This document shows, in pieces, positions 30,882 to 46,819 of a stretch of 64,000 nt of DNA. The stretch comes from an uncultured Trueperaceae bacterium (GTDB lineage: Bacteria; Deinococcota; Deinococci; Deinococcales; Trueperaceae), in assembly GCA_963815215.1 (NCBI GenBank), contig CAWFFU010000003.1, forward strand, positions 480,001-544,000, read 5' to 3'. Made by a program: the position numbers and the translations under genes. The stretch's first letter is position 1. The number at the start of each line of letters is the position of its first letter. The notes under the pieces are model-generated. The model made no database searches. It saw only the letters and a program-made list of their open reading frames with translations, and was not told where the DNA came from.

Positions 30882-30885
<4 letters not shown>
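30220..30885 (-). CDS. Exported c-type cytochrome
   Basis: GERIYAEACASCH (CXXCH); Arg-rich plus hydrophobic signal; GTGA overlap with the glmS stop. Confidence 0.75.
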
Positions 30886-32735
<1,850 letters not shown>

Positions 32736-32759
32736 GGAACATCCCTTCGTGGGATCGAC

Positions 32760-33072
32760 CAGCGTCTCTCGCGACCGGCACCGATGAAGCCGGCCACGTC
32801 TCGTTGTGCTTGCCTCGGGGGGAGGGCCCGATCCCGTGAACCCGGACGATGTCGAGCAAGGGGTTCAACTAGGGAGGGGCCCGCAGACTTCCCGCCCCGC
32901 CTGGGCGGTGAGCACGCCACTCGCCGGCGTCCTCGGTTCGCGCTTTGGCGCGATCTCCTGAGACCGTCCGCGGTCTCGGGAGACCCGCTATCTTCCGGCA
33001 CCCGCACCGGGCCCGGAAGCCCTCCGCCTCGTCACCGGCAGCCGTCCGTGGACGGCGCCGGGCTTGCGCTTC
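32760..33072 (-). ncRNA. glmS riboswitch-ribozyme (expanded)
   Basis: Minus strand reads A|GCGCAAG, P1 hairpin, UGACGAGG, GGAGGG ... UGCGGGCCCCUCCC, directly upstream of glmS; CGCA/UGCG covaries from the usual CGCC/GGCG. 3' boundary approximate. Confidence 0.8.
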
Positions 33073-33122
33073 CTCGACGTCCCTGCCTGGTCGCTCCGGC
33101 GGCCTCCGATCTCGCGGCGACG

Positions 33123-33658
33123 CTACAACGACTCGTTCCAGGGTTCCCCGACCACGAACAGCCGGTGGAGCCCACCCATGAGCCGCTGCTGTCCCGTCTC
33201 CGCGCTCCCCTGCTTGTGGAGCAAGGGATAGAAGAGGATATCACGTCCCAGAAGCACCAAACGCGAATCGAGCACGGCGCCGGAGACCGCCGTGGGCAGG
33301 TTCCGGGGCGGGTAGAACAGCTCGCTCGGGTTGGCCGGATTGCGTTGGATCGGCAACGACGTGACCAGCGAGAGCATCAACGCCAGACCCAGCGCCAGCC
33401 CCCCGATGCCTCCGAGAGCACGCATCAATACCACCGCGCCGCGGTTCTGCTGGACCAGGCGCCGGCCGATCATGCTCAGACCGAGCCCTGCCAGCAGCGC
33501 CGCCACCAGGGCCAGGAAAGGGTTCGCGTGCGCCAGCACGAGCAGCGGGTGGAGCAGCAACACGCCCCCCAGACCGACGAAGAACCCCGACAGCCTACGG
33601 TGCGCTCCCAAGGCCGTCACGGCCGCCACCACCGCCACCAGGACGAGATCGAGCCAGC

Positions 33659-33662
<4 letters not shown>
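33123..33662 (-). CDS. CvpA-like membrane protein
   Basis: MSWLDLVLVAVV...LGAHRRL N-terminus, four TM segments, RALGGIGG motif; ATGA overlap with pheT. Confidence 0.7.
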
Positions 33663-37047
<3,385 letters not shown>

Positions 37048-37073
37048 TCACAGCGCAGGACGGCGTCCCACGC

Positions 37074-37109
37074 TCAGCGGGTAAAGGCGGAGACCGCCCA
37101 GGTTCTCAT
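37074..37109 (-). CDS. Putative leaderless leader peptide MRTWAVSAFTR
   Basis: TACACT (37122-37117), 7 nt, ATG; contains a TTT Phe codon; precedes the terminator and pheS. Confidence 0.65.
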   Translation of the reverse strand: MRTWAVSAFTR

Positions 37110-37141
37110 GTCTGGGAGTGTAGCCCCCGGTCCCGCGGGTG

Positions 37142-37735
37142 TCAACGCGCGAGCGCCGATCCGTCGTCGGCTCGGAAGACGTCGCAGAACCAGCGTCCGT
37201 TCATCGGGAACGGGTCGTGCACGAGCGGGGGCCGCACATGAGCCCGGCCCCAGGCGTCCGCGGCGGCCTCGTCGGCGAACGGGCCGACCACGGTGTCGTC
37301 GTCCAGGTCGTCGGCCCCCAGATCATCGTCGGGCGCCTGCGGGAGGTCGAGTTCGCGTCGCACGCCGCGAGCGTCGTCGACCTGCCGGAAGTAGACGTGA
37401 CGCCTGCGCCATTCGGGTCGGTCCGCAAGCGGCGCCAGCAGCGCGTCGAGGCGCTCCAACTCGTCGGCCGACAGCGGCGGGAACGCCAGCAGCCGTTCAC
37501 GTCGGCCGTCGGCGACGCGGAAAGCCTCCCGCCCCGGGAACGCAGCGAGCAGCATGGCGCCCGCCAGCTGCGCCAGATCCGGAGCCACGCACAGCACCTC
37601 GCCGGCGGCGAACGCCATGTAGTCGACGGGGGCCTTGCGCTTCAGGTCGTCGAGATCGATGCCCTCAGCCTCGGCGCGGGCACGCAGCGCCGCGCTGGGG
37701 ATGTGGCGCCGCAGCCGCTCGTCGAGGTCCGTCAC
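37142..37735 (-). CDS. Hypothetical protein (197 aa)
   Basis: GGAGGT RBS before GTG; protein-like composition; no recognised family. Confidence 0.75.
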   Translation of the reverse strand: MTDLDERLRRHIPSAALRARAEAEGIDLDDLKRKAPVDYMAFAAGEVLCVAPDLAQLAGAMLLAAFPGREAFRVADGRRERLLAFPPLSADELERLDALLAPLADRPEWRRRHVYFRQVDDARGVRRELDLPQAPDDDLGADDLDDDTVVGPFADEAAADAWGRAHVRPPLVHDPFPMNGRWFCDVFRADDGSALAR

Positions 37736-37768
37736 GTCAGCACCTCCGCGTTCGAACGTCCGACGCGA

Positions 37769-38929
37769 TCAGGCCGCGGCCGGCCGGCGCGCCCCGCGGA
37801 AGCGCTCCGTCAGATCGTGCTCACCGAGGACGCCCTGAAGGGCTCCGAAGAAGCGTTCGTAGTGCTCATCGCGGGCTCCCTCCCCCATCAGGCCGAGGCG
37901 CCAGATCCGGCCGGCCGTCGGTCCCAGTCCCCCGGCGACCGTCACGCCGTGGTCGCGCCGCAGCGCGCTGCGTGCCGCGGCCTCGTCCATGCCGGCCGGT
38001 GGCACCACCGCCAGCACCGTGGGGAGCCGATGGCGCGCCGGCACATAGGCCTCGAAACCGACACTCTCGAGGGCGGCCAGCGCCGCCTCTCCGACGCGCC
38101 TGGCACGCTCGGCCCGGACGTCCAGGCCTTCCTCTAGCGCCGCTGACAGCGCCTCGCCGAGCGACCAGTGGAGCTGAACGGGCACGGTGTGGTGGTACTG
38201 GCGCCCGCCGTCCCCCGGCTCCCAATAGCGCCGCATGCCGATGGCGTCGGCGTACCAGGTGGCCACCGGAACGCGCCTGCGCGCGATGCGCTCCATGGCC
38301 CGCTCGGAGAAGGCCACCGGCGCCACCCCGGGAGGAGCCGACAGGCACTTCTGGGAGCCGGTGTAGGCGTAGTCGATCCCCCAGTCGTGCATGGCGAAGG
38401 GCATCATGCCGACGGTGGTCACGGCGTCGACACTGAACAGCGCTCCGGCGCTCCGCGCCACGGCCGCGAGCTCCGGCACGGGGTTGAGGACCCCGGTACT
38501 GGTCTCGCCGTGCACCACCGCGATGAGCGCCGGCCGCAGGGTGCGGGCCGCACGCGCAGCCTCGTCGACGTCGACCGGGTCACCCGCCTCCGAGCGGACC
38601 ACGTGGACGTCGAGCGACAGCCGTGTCGCCATGTCGACCATGCGTTCGCCGAAGGCGCCGTTGGACAGCACCAGCACCCGCTCGCCGGGCTCGAGTAGGT
38701 TGGCGAGGCCCGCCTCCATCCCGAGCGAACCGGTCCCGGACAACAGGCTCGTGAAGGCGCCCGGCGCGGTCCCGTACAGGCGTCGCAGATCGGCCACGAT
38801 CCGGTCGTTGTAGGCGAACACCTCGGGGTCCATGTGCCCCCGCATCGGCCAGCTCAACGCAGCCTGGGCCCTGGGATGGATCGGCGTGGGCCCGGGAGTG
38901 AGCAGCAATACGTCGTCGTTCGGCATCAT
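37769..38929 (-). CDS. Class V PLP aminotransferase (alanine-glyoxylate / serine-pyruvate family)
   Basis: [30 protein letters not shown] (PLP Lys); RBS GGAGG. Confidence 0.92.
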   Translation of the reverse strand: MMPNDDVLLLTPGPTPIHPRAQAALSWPMRGHMDPEVFAYNDRIVADLRRLYGTAPGAFTSLLSGTGSLGMEAGLANLLEPGERVLVLSNGAFGERMVDMATRLSLDVHVVRSEAGDPVDVDEAARAARTLRPALIAVVHGETSTGVLNPVPELAAVARSAGALFSVDAVTTVGMMPFAMHDWGIDYAYTGSQKCLSAPPGVAPVAFSERAMERIARRRVPVATWYADAIGMRRYWEPGDGGRQYHHTVPVQLHWSLGEALSAALEEGLDVRAERARRVGEAALAALESVGFEAYVPARHRLPTVLAVVPPAGMDEAAARSALRRDHGVTVAGGLGPTAGRIWRLGLMGEGARDEHYERFFGALQGVLGEHDLTERFRGARRPAAA

Positions 38930-38992
38930 GGCAGTCCTCCAACACGGTGCGGCGGTCCCATCGGAGTCGCTGGGGTCTGCCCCGCTCCCACC

Positions 38993-39029
38993 AAAGGAAC
39001 GAGACCGCGCCATGGCGTGGCGGGTCTCG
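38993..39029 (-). terminator. Terminator-like hairpin in the aminotransferase leader
   Basis: CGAGACCCGCCA-loop-UGGCGCGGUCUCG followed by UUCCUUU. Confidence 0.7.
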
Positions 39030-39074
39030 AACATGCGACGTTCTCCGGCCGCAGGCGGCCGGCGATCGTCGCCG

Positions 39075-39104
39075 TCAGGAAGCTCGCGCGGGTACCGTCC
39101 GCAT
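39075..39104 (-). CDS. Putative leaderless leader peptide MRTVPARAS
   Basis: TACACT (39118-39113), 8 nt, ATG; stops upstream of the hairpins and terminator. Confidence 0.55.
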   Translation of the reverse strand: MRTVPARAS

Positions 39105-39218
39105 CGTGGGCGAGTGTACAGGAGGGCCACCCCACTGTAAAGTCGAGCCCTTCACAGGCGGTCCGTGCGCCGACCGCCGCCTGTCCGCCGGCGGTTGAAG
39201 TGGGCGCGCGCATCGGGG

Positions 39219-39287
39219 TATACTCCGGCCCGGACAACGTCCCGGTGTTTGCTCGGGTGGGTTCGCTGGGCCCACCCGGTTTTGTTG
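39219..39287 (+). promoter_or_regulatory. rimP promoter and rimP-leader terminator-like hairpin
   Basis: -10 box TATACT at 39219; CGGGUGGG...CCCACCCG followed by GUUUUGUU, matching the known rimP leader pattern. Confidence 0.75.
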
Positions 39288-39307
39288 GGGCGGTGGCAGG
39301 AGGATGC

Positions 39308-39751
39308 ATGGAACTGGCGCAAGCGGCGGAGGAGGTGCTCGCGCCACTCGGGTTCGAGGTTCTGGAGTGCAAGGTCAGCGGAACCGGCCGCGAGCGGCGA
39401 GTCCTGTTGCGCATCGACCGCCTCGACGAGCATGGGGTGAGTGTCGACGACGTCGCGAAGGCGGCCGAGGTGTTCGGGTTGGAACTCGATCGCCTCGATC
39501 CCTTCGAGACGCCCTATCGATTCGACGTCGAGTCGCCCGGGGCCAAGCGTCCACTCAGGACGTCGCGTCACTTCGAGCGCTTCCACGACCTGTTGGCGAA
39601 GGTACGCGTCGAAGGCGAGACCTTCACCGGCCGGATCCGTGAGGTGTCGGACGCGTCCGTCGTCTTCGAGGTCGACGGGGGGCGCCGTGAGGTGCGCCTC
39701 GACGCCATCCAGATCGCTCGCCTGGCCGAATGGCCGGACGAGCCGCGCTAG
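39308..39751 (+). CDS. rimP: Ribosome maturation factor RimP
   Basis: VSVDDVAK...LDRLDPF...YRFDVESPGAKRPL; first gene of the nusA operon; AGGAGG RBS. Confidence 0.93.
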   Translation: MELAQAAEEVLAPLGFEVLECKVSGTGRERRVLLRIDRLDEHGVSVDDVAKAAEVFGLELDRLDPFETPYRFDVESPGAKRPLRTSRHFERFHDLLAKVRVEGETFTGRIREVSDASVVFEVDGGRREVRLDAIQIARLAEWPDEPR

Positions 39752-39824
39752 GCCCGGTCGTCGTTCGCGTCACGCACAGCGGGGCGCGGGTCACGGCCCA
39801 CAACCGAATACGAGGTGGTTAGAG

Positions 39825-41084
<1,260 letters not shown>

Positions 41085-41086
41085 GC

Positions 41087-41413
41087 ATGGCGGGCCCGAC
41101 CGGGAAGCACGTGCCCCTCAGACGCTGCGTGATGTGTCGCGCGTCGCTGCCGAAGGCGGAGCTCGTCCGCCTGGTGCGGGATGTCGAGGGCCGGTTCGAG
41201 CTCGACCCAACCGGACGTGCGGGCGGGCGAGGCACCTGGGTGTGCCTTCGCTGCGCCCGCGATCCCGCGGAGAAGCGCCTCAAGCAGGCCTTTCGAGGCC
41301 AGTCGGCGCACGTCCGCACGCTGCTCGCCCCCACCGAGGAGGATCCCACCTCCGAGGCAGGCGACGGCGCTCCTCGCGCAAGGCATCGGGACGGAGGCAT
41401 GAATGTCCGATAA
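41087..41413 (+). CDS. ylxR: YlxR (RnpM) family RNA-binding protein
   Basis: HVPLRRCVMCR...KAELVRLV...GRGTWVC; conserved position between nusA and infB. Confidence 0.9.
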   Translation: MAGPTGKHVPLRRCVMCRASLPKAELVRLVRDVEGRFELDPTGRAGGRGTWVCLRCARDPAEKRLKQAFRGQSAHVRTLLAPTEEDPTSEAGDGAPRARHRDGGMNVR

Positions 41414-43208
41414 GGTACGGATCTATCAGCTGGCGAAGGACCTCGGCATCGAGACCAGGGAGATGTTGAGCATCCTGGACGAGATGGGCGTGGAATACAA
41501 GTCGCATTCGAGCACGTTGGAGCACGAGGTGGCCGACACCGTGCGGCAGCTCGTCGCGCGAGACGATGGGGACGCGCAGGCCCCCGCGAAGCCTGCGGCC
41601 ACGGCGGCGGCGACGGGCGCCGGGTCCGGCGCGAGCGGGGCCACGGCAACGGTCGCCAAGCCCAAGGCCGCAGCCAAGGAGGCGGCCGGGTCCGACGCAC
41701 CTCTGCGGGCGCCCGTCGTCACCGTGATGGGCCACGTGGATCACGGCAAGACCACGCTGCTCGACTACATCCGACATACGAAGGTGGCCGAGGGCGAGGC
41801 TGGCGGCATCACGCAGCACATCGGCGCCTACCAGGCCGAGACCAAGGGCGGCATCGTCACCTTCCTCGACACGCCGGGCCACGAAGCGTTCACGTCCATC
41901 CGTCAGCGCGGCACCAACGCCACCGACATCGCCGTCATCGTGGTGGCCGCCGACGACAGCATCATGCCGCAGACGCGCGAGGCCATCGCCCACGCCAAGG
42001 CCGCCAAGGTGCCGATCATCGTCGCGATCAACAAGTGCGACCTGCCTCAGGCGGACCCCGAGAAGGTCAAGCGCGACCTGATGCAGGTCGAGCTGGTCCC
42101 CGAAGACTTCGGCGGGGACACCATCGTGGTCGAGATCAGCGCCAAGAGCGGCGAAGGGGTCGACGACCTGCTCGAGATGATCTCGCTCGTGGCCGAAGTG
42201 GAGGAGCTGCGGGCGGCCCCGGACGGCGGGGCGCGCGGGCTGGTGATCGAGTCGGTGCTCGACAAGCGAGCCGGCGTTCTGGCCACCGTGCTGGTGCAGG
42301 AGGGCACGCTACGTGTGTCCGACTACATCGTTTCGGGAGAGGTCTGGGCCAAGATCCGGCGCCTGACCGACCACACCGGGACCGCCGTGGTCGCGGCCGG
42401 TCCCTCGGTTCCGGTCCAGATCCTCGGCTTCTCCGAGCAACCCAACGCCGGCGACCCGATCGAGGCCGTGGCCGACGAGCAGACGGCCAAGCAGTTGGCC
42501 GAAGGGCGACGCGAGGAGCGTAAGGACGCCGAACGGGAGTCCATCGGACGCAAGGGGCTCACGCTCGCCGATCTCTTCGGCAAGCCCACCAAGAAGATCA
42601 TCAACCTGATCGTGCGGGCCGATGCCCAGGGATCGCTGGAGGCGATCAAGGGGGTGCTCGCGCGAGAGGCGGAGACCACCGAAGAGGTGGACCTCGAGCT
42701 CATGCTCGCCGAGGTCGGCGCCCCGACCGAGTCGGACCTGCTGCTGGCCAGCACCGCCGATGCCACGGTCATCACCTTCGGCGTGACCGCCCCCGGCAGC
42801 GTGAAGAAGTCGGCCGAGCGGCAGAAGGTATCCATCAAGAGCTACAAGATCATCTACGAGCTGATCGAGGACGTGCAGCGCATGATCCGCGGGCAGATCG
42901 AGCCCGAGTTCGAGGAACGGGTCATCGGCCACGCCGAGGTTCGCGCGGTCATCCGCGTGCCCCGCAGCGGCAACATCGCAGGCTCCTACGTCACCGACGG
43001 GGCGATCCGGCGCGGCTCCAAGGCGCGCCTGACACGGGCTGGCAAGGAGGTCTACAAGGGCTCCATCGCTCAGCTGCGACGCTTCAAGGACGACGTCCGC
43101 GAGGTGGCCTCCGGGTTCGAGTGCGGCGTCCACCTACAGAACTACGACAACGTGCAGGAAGGCGACATCATCGAGGCCTACGAGATGGTCGAGGTGACCT
43201 CGATCTGA
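41403..43208 (+). CDS. infB: Translation initiation factor IF-2
   Basis: [31 protein letters not shown]; short N-domain. Confidence 0.98.
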   Translation: MSDKVRIYQLAKDLGIETREMLSILDEMGVEYKSHSSTLEHEVADTVRQLVARDDGDAQAPAKPAATAAATGAGSGASGATATVAKPKAAAKEAAGSDAPLRAPVVTVMGHVDHGKTTLLDYIRHTKVAEGEAGGITQHIGAYQAETKGGIVTFLDTPGHEAFTSIRQRGTNATDIAVIVVAADDSIMPQTREAIAHAKAAKVPIIVAINKCDLPQADPEKVKRDLMQVELVPEDFGGDTIVVEISAKSGEGVDDLLEMISLVAEVEELRAAPDGGARGLVIESVLDKRAGVLATVLVQEGTLRVSDYIVSGEVWAKIRRLTDHTGTAVVAAGPSVPVQILGFSEQPNAGDPIEAVADEQTAKQLAEGRREERKDAERESIGRKGLTLADLFGKPTKKIINLIVRADAQGSLEAIKGVLAREAETTEEVDLELMLAEVGAPTESDLLLASTADATVITFGVTAPGSVKKSAERQKVSIKSYKIIYELIEDVQRMIRGQIEPEFEERVIGHAEVRAVIRVPRSGNIAGSYVTDGAIRRGSKARLTRAGKEVYKGSIAQLRRFKDDVREVASGFECGVHLQNYDNVQEGDIIEAYEMVEVTSI

Positions 43209-43360
43209 CCGGGCTGTGACACCGGTGCCGGAGAGCGCGCAGCCCCTCTCCCTCGTCAACCGCCCCGACCGCGCCCGAGCGTGGCCGGGGCGGAGTCGTT
43301 GACAGCGATGGGACGCCGGGCCCGCCGCACCACGCTACTCCACGCGCTAGAATGGCCGAC

Positions 43361-43714
43361 GTGCAGGCCGCTGTGACGACTCTCTCGCGACGGCGCGGAC
43401 TGGCATTGAGCCTCGCGCTCGCCGCGACGCTGGCGGCCATCCCGTTGCAGCCGTTGGCGGCGGCGGCGCGCGATCCGTCGACCGCCGGCGCCGGCATGGG
43501 GACCCGAGCGCCCCTGATGCTCGAGAGCAGTGCCCGCCTGACCTCTCCCGGCAGCGGAGCGGGAACGTTGCGCGTTCCGGTGCTCCCGGGTCGCGGGCCG
43601 TCCCCGACGCCGCCGGGCCGGACGCCGCCGAGCGCAGCGTTGCAGGGCGCACCCGCGCCCGCGCCGTCGTCGTTGCTGGCCGCGTACGGCAGGCTCCAAC
43701 TCGAAGGCGGGTGA
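43361..43714 (+). CDS. Small signal-peptide, Pro-rich uORF upstream of secDF (candidate arrest peptide)
   Basis: TAGAAT, 7 nt, GTG; SRRRGLALSLALAATLAAIPL signal, Pro/Gly-rich linker, C-terminus YGRLQLEGG. Confidence 0.6.
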   Translation: MQAAVTTLSRRRGLALSLALAATLAAIPLQPLAAAARDPSTAGAGMGTRAPLMLESSARLTSPGSGAGTLRVPVLPGRGPSPTPPGRTPPSAALQGAPAPAPSSLLAAYGRLQLEGG

Positions 43715-43814
43715 GGGCGAGTCCGTCCCTGGCCCGTGGACGCCGGCGGCATGCGTGCGCCGTTGCGCCCTCCCTCCCCCTCAACCCCTCGAACATCCGT
43801 CCTAGGAGACCTCT

Positions 43815-46007
43815 GTGAACCGAAGGACCTTCACCGGCGCAATCGTGGTGGCGGCGATCATCGCGTCCATCCTGTACCTCTGGCAGCCCTGGAGCTCGAC
43901 GGCTCCGCTCAAGCTCGGGCTCGACCTGCAAGGCGGCCTGCGCGTGGTGCTGCAGGCGAACACGGCCAACCCGTCGTCCCAGGACCTGGCGACCGCCCGC
44001 AACGTCATCGAGAACCGCGTCAACCAGTTCGGCGTGTCCGAGCCTCTCATCACCACCTCGGGCAAGAACCGCATCGTGGTGGAGCTGCCAGGCCTCACCG
44101 CCGCGGACCAGAAGCGTGCGCTCGCGCTCATCGGCCAGCAGGCCAAGCTCTACTTCCAACTGGTCAAGCCGTCCGCTCAGAACCTGAGCGTCGCCCAGAT
44201 GAGCCTCACCGATCTCGAAACCCCCGCCTTCACCGGTGAGATCATCAGCACCGCCCGCGCGGACTTCCAGCGTGTCGGCGGCTCCACCACGGGCCCGGCC
44301 GTGTTCTTCAACATCAAGCCCAAGGACGCGGGCAAGTTCGGGGACTTCACCGGAGGCAACATCGGCCGGCGCATGGCGATCGTGCTGGACGGCAAGATCA
44401 TCACGGCGCCGACGCTCCAGTCGCGTATCTCCGACTCGGGACAGATCACCGGCATCCAGTCGCTGGAGGAAGCCAGCAACATCTCGCTCGTGCTCCGCTC
44501 CGGTAGCCTCCCGATCAGCCTCCACGTCGAGGAGATCCGTTCGATCGGCCCGACCCTGGGGCAGGACAGCATCAACGCCGGCAAGGTCGCCGCCTTCATC
44601 GGCGGGGCGGCCGTCGTGGCGGCGGTCATCGGCTACTACGGCCTGGTCTTCGGAGGCGTCCTCACCTTCGGCCTCGGGCTCGCCATGCTGTTCATCTTCG
44701 GCGCCCTGGCCGCCCTCCACGCAGCGCTCACGCTGCCCGGCCTGGCGGGCCTGGTGCTCACCATCGGCGCCGCCGTGGACGGCAACGTCATCAGCTTCGA
44801 GCGCATCCGCGAGGAATTGCGGGCCGGCAGGTCGATCCGGCTCGCCATGAAGACCGGCTTCGGCAACTCGCTGTCCGCCATCATCGATGCCAACGTCACC
44901 ACACTGCTGGCGGCCGCCGCGCTCTACCAGTACACCACCGGCCCGGTGCGCGGCTTCGCGATCACGCTCGCCATCGGCATCATCGCCTCGGTGTTCGTCA
45001 ACGTCGTGGTGGTGCCGTTCATCCTCGACCTCATCACCTCGGGCAAGAGCAAGCGCACCTACCTGTGGAAGGGTTTCTTCGTCGAGGGCATCCGCTTCGT
45101 GAGCAAGGCGCCCGTGATCATGAGCATCTCCGGCCTGCTGGCGGTGGCCTCCATCGCCATCGTGTCGATCGACGGCCTGAAGCTCTCCACCGACTTCACG
45201 GGCGGCACCAACGTGCTGGTCGACGTCCCCAACGGCACCACGGTGGCCGACGTGCGCACGGCCATCACCGATCTGAACTACCCCGGCATCACGGGCAAGA
45301 ACGCCACCGTGGTGAAGGTGATCGACAACACCCTCCAGGGCAACCCGATGTCGATCCGGGTCGGTCTGAACGAGACCGGCCAGCAGAGCGCCGACCAGTT
45401 CGCCAACGACCTCACCGCCAAGCTCAAGGGGCAGCTGTTGCAGGCCAACTACGTCGGCCCCGCCGTCGGGGCCGACCTGCGACAAGCCGCCATCATGGCC
45501 GTGCTGGTAGCACTCGGTCTGATCCTGCTGTACGTGGCGTGGCGCTTCTGGCCTAACTGGATCGTGGCGGTGGCCGCCATCATCGCCACCATCCACGACG
45601 CAGGCATCGTGCTCGGCGCGCTCGACCTGTTCAACGTCACGTTCAGCATCCCGGTCCTGGCGGCGGTCCTGTTCGTCGTAGGCTACTCGCTCAACGACTC
45701 GATCATCATCGCCGACCGTATCCGAGAGAACCTCCGCAAGGTGCGCGACCGCAGCTACGCCGAGGTGGTCGACCTGGCGGTGAACCAGACGCTGTCGCGC
45801 ACGGTGGCGACCTCGGGCACCACGCTGCTGCCGGTGATCGCGCTGTTCCTGTTCGGCGGCAGCGTGCTACGGGGGTTCAGCATCGCGCTGCTCATCGGGA
45901 TCGGGTTCGGCACCTACTCGAGCATCTTCATCCTGTCCCCGATGGTGGTGTGGTTCAAGATGCAGCAGCAGAAGCGCGCCCGCCGCAGCCGGCGGCGCAC
46001 CGCCTGA
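43815..46007 (+). CDS. secDF: Fused protein translocase SecDF
   Basis: LGLDLQGG, RVNQFGVSEP, AVDGNVISFERIREE, DFTGGT, GYSLNDSIIIADRIREN. Confidence 0.97.
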   Translation: MNRRTFTGAIVVAAIIASILYLWQPWSSTAPLKLGLDLQGGLRVVLQANTANPSSQDLATARNVIENRVNQFGVSEPLITTSGKNRIVVELPGLTAADQKRALALIGQQAKLYFQLVKPSAQNLSVAQMSLTDLETPAFTGEIISTARADFQRVGGSTTGPAVFFNIKPKDAGKFGDFTGGNIGRRMAIVLDGKIITAPTLQSRISDSGQITGIQSLEEASNISLVLRSGSLPISLHVEEIRSIGPTLGQDSINAGKVAAFIGGAAVVAAVIGYYGLVFGGVLTFGLGLAMLFIFGALAALHAALTLPGLAGLVLTIGAAVDGNVISFERIREELRAGRSIRLAMKTGFGNSLSAIIDANVTTLLAAAALYQYTTGPVRGFAITLAIGIIASVFVNVVVVPFILDLITSGKSKRTYLWKGFFVEGIRFVSKAPVIMSISGLLAVASIAIVSIDGLKLSTDFTGGTNVLVDVPNGTTVADVRTAITDLNYPGITGKNATVVKVIDNTLQGNPMSIRVGLNETGQQSADQFANDLTAKLKGQLLQANYVGPAVGADLRQAAIMAVLVALGLILLYVAWRFWPNWIVAVAAIIATIHDAGIVLGALDLFNVTFSIPVLAAVLFVVGYSLNDSIIIADRIRENLRKVRDRSYAEVVDLAVNQTLSRTVATSGTTLLPVIALFLFGGSVLRGFSIALLIGIGFGTYSSIFILSPMVVWFKMQQQKRARRSRRRTA

Positions 46008-46066
46008 GAACGGACCCCGCGCCCGTGCGCCGCATCCCGGCGGCAGACCGGCATCCTTGCACGCTC

Positions 46067-46103
46067 CGGCACCGGCCCCTGGAAGGGTCGGTGCCGTTCT
46101 TCT
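46067..46103 (+). terminator. Intrinsic terminator after secDF
   Basis: CGGCACCGGCCC/GGGTCGGTGCCG stem followed by TTCTTCT. Confidence 0.7.
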
Positions 46104-46326
46104 GGCGACATCCGCTGCACGCTGGTCCGCGTCCCCGCGCCATCGCTCAGCCACAATGAACGAGCCAGCGCAGGCCCGGCGAACGGTGGCCCGTCTAGAT
46201 GGACCGGTCTAGCTTACGGTAGTCGGGGCGGCCCTTCCCCACCTGGGCCGAGCGAAGAAGGAGACGGTCGTAGCGATGGAGCGACGGGGACCGGCGTGAC
46301 CCCGGCGCCGGCGCGCGTCGACCGGC

Positions 46327-46371
46327 CGCTACGGTCCGGTCGCTATGGTCCGGTCGCTATGGTCCGGTCGC
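46327..46371. repeat. Three copies of a 14-bp tandem repeat CGCTAYGGTCCGGT
   Basis: Units at 46327, 46341 and 46355; overlaps the stop codon of the lipoprotein gene. Confidence 0.9.
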
Positions 46372-46788
46372 GACGACGGTCGTGCGGAACTGGCGCAGCA
46401 CGTCGCTGCCGAACGAGACCACCGCGCGCCACTCACCGGCCGTCGGCGTGACACGTCGCGGAAGCGTCAAGGTTCGGCCCTGCCCAACATCCTCGGGGGT
46501 CACCCAAAGGCTGTCGGAGGCGGCCTCGGTGCCGTCTGGCGCGAACCACTGCACCGCCAGCCAGCCGGCGCGGGGAACGCGATCGAGCACCACGTGAAGC
46601 GTCAGCACGCCGCTGTCATCGCTGAGTGCGCTGGCATCCCCGAGCTGCGCCACCTCGCGGATCGGGATGCGCTCTGGAACGAGAGGAACGTAGAGCGGTG
46701 TGCACGCGACGAGCGCCACGACCAATGGCAGCACCGACAGCAACAGCACCTCGCCACGGCGCCGACGCCCTACGCCGACGCGGCTCAC
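46357..46788 (-). CDS. Putative lipoprotein
   Basis: Basic N-region, hydrophobic stretch, LVAC lipobox, beta-rich body; start uncertain. Confidence 0.7.
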   Translation of the reverse strand: MSRVGVGRRRRGEVLLLSVLPLVVALVACTPLYVPLVPERIPIREVAQLGDASALSDDSGVLTLHVVLDRVPRAGWLAVQWFAPDGTEAASDSLWVTPEDVGQGRTLTLPRRVTPTAGEWRAVVSFGSDVLRQFRTTVVATGP

Positions 46789-46819
46789 GGCCGAGCCGGC
46801 GGGAGGCCCCACCGCACCC

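Noticed and set aside
46104..46326. Possible ncRNA in the gap after secDF
   Set aside because: No recognisable tRNA, tmRNA, 6S or RNase P motif and no convincing promoter; only weak hairpins.
46327..46371. CRISPR-like repeat
   Set aside because: 14-bp units with no spacers and no cas genes nearby.
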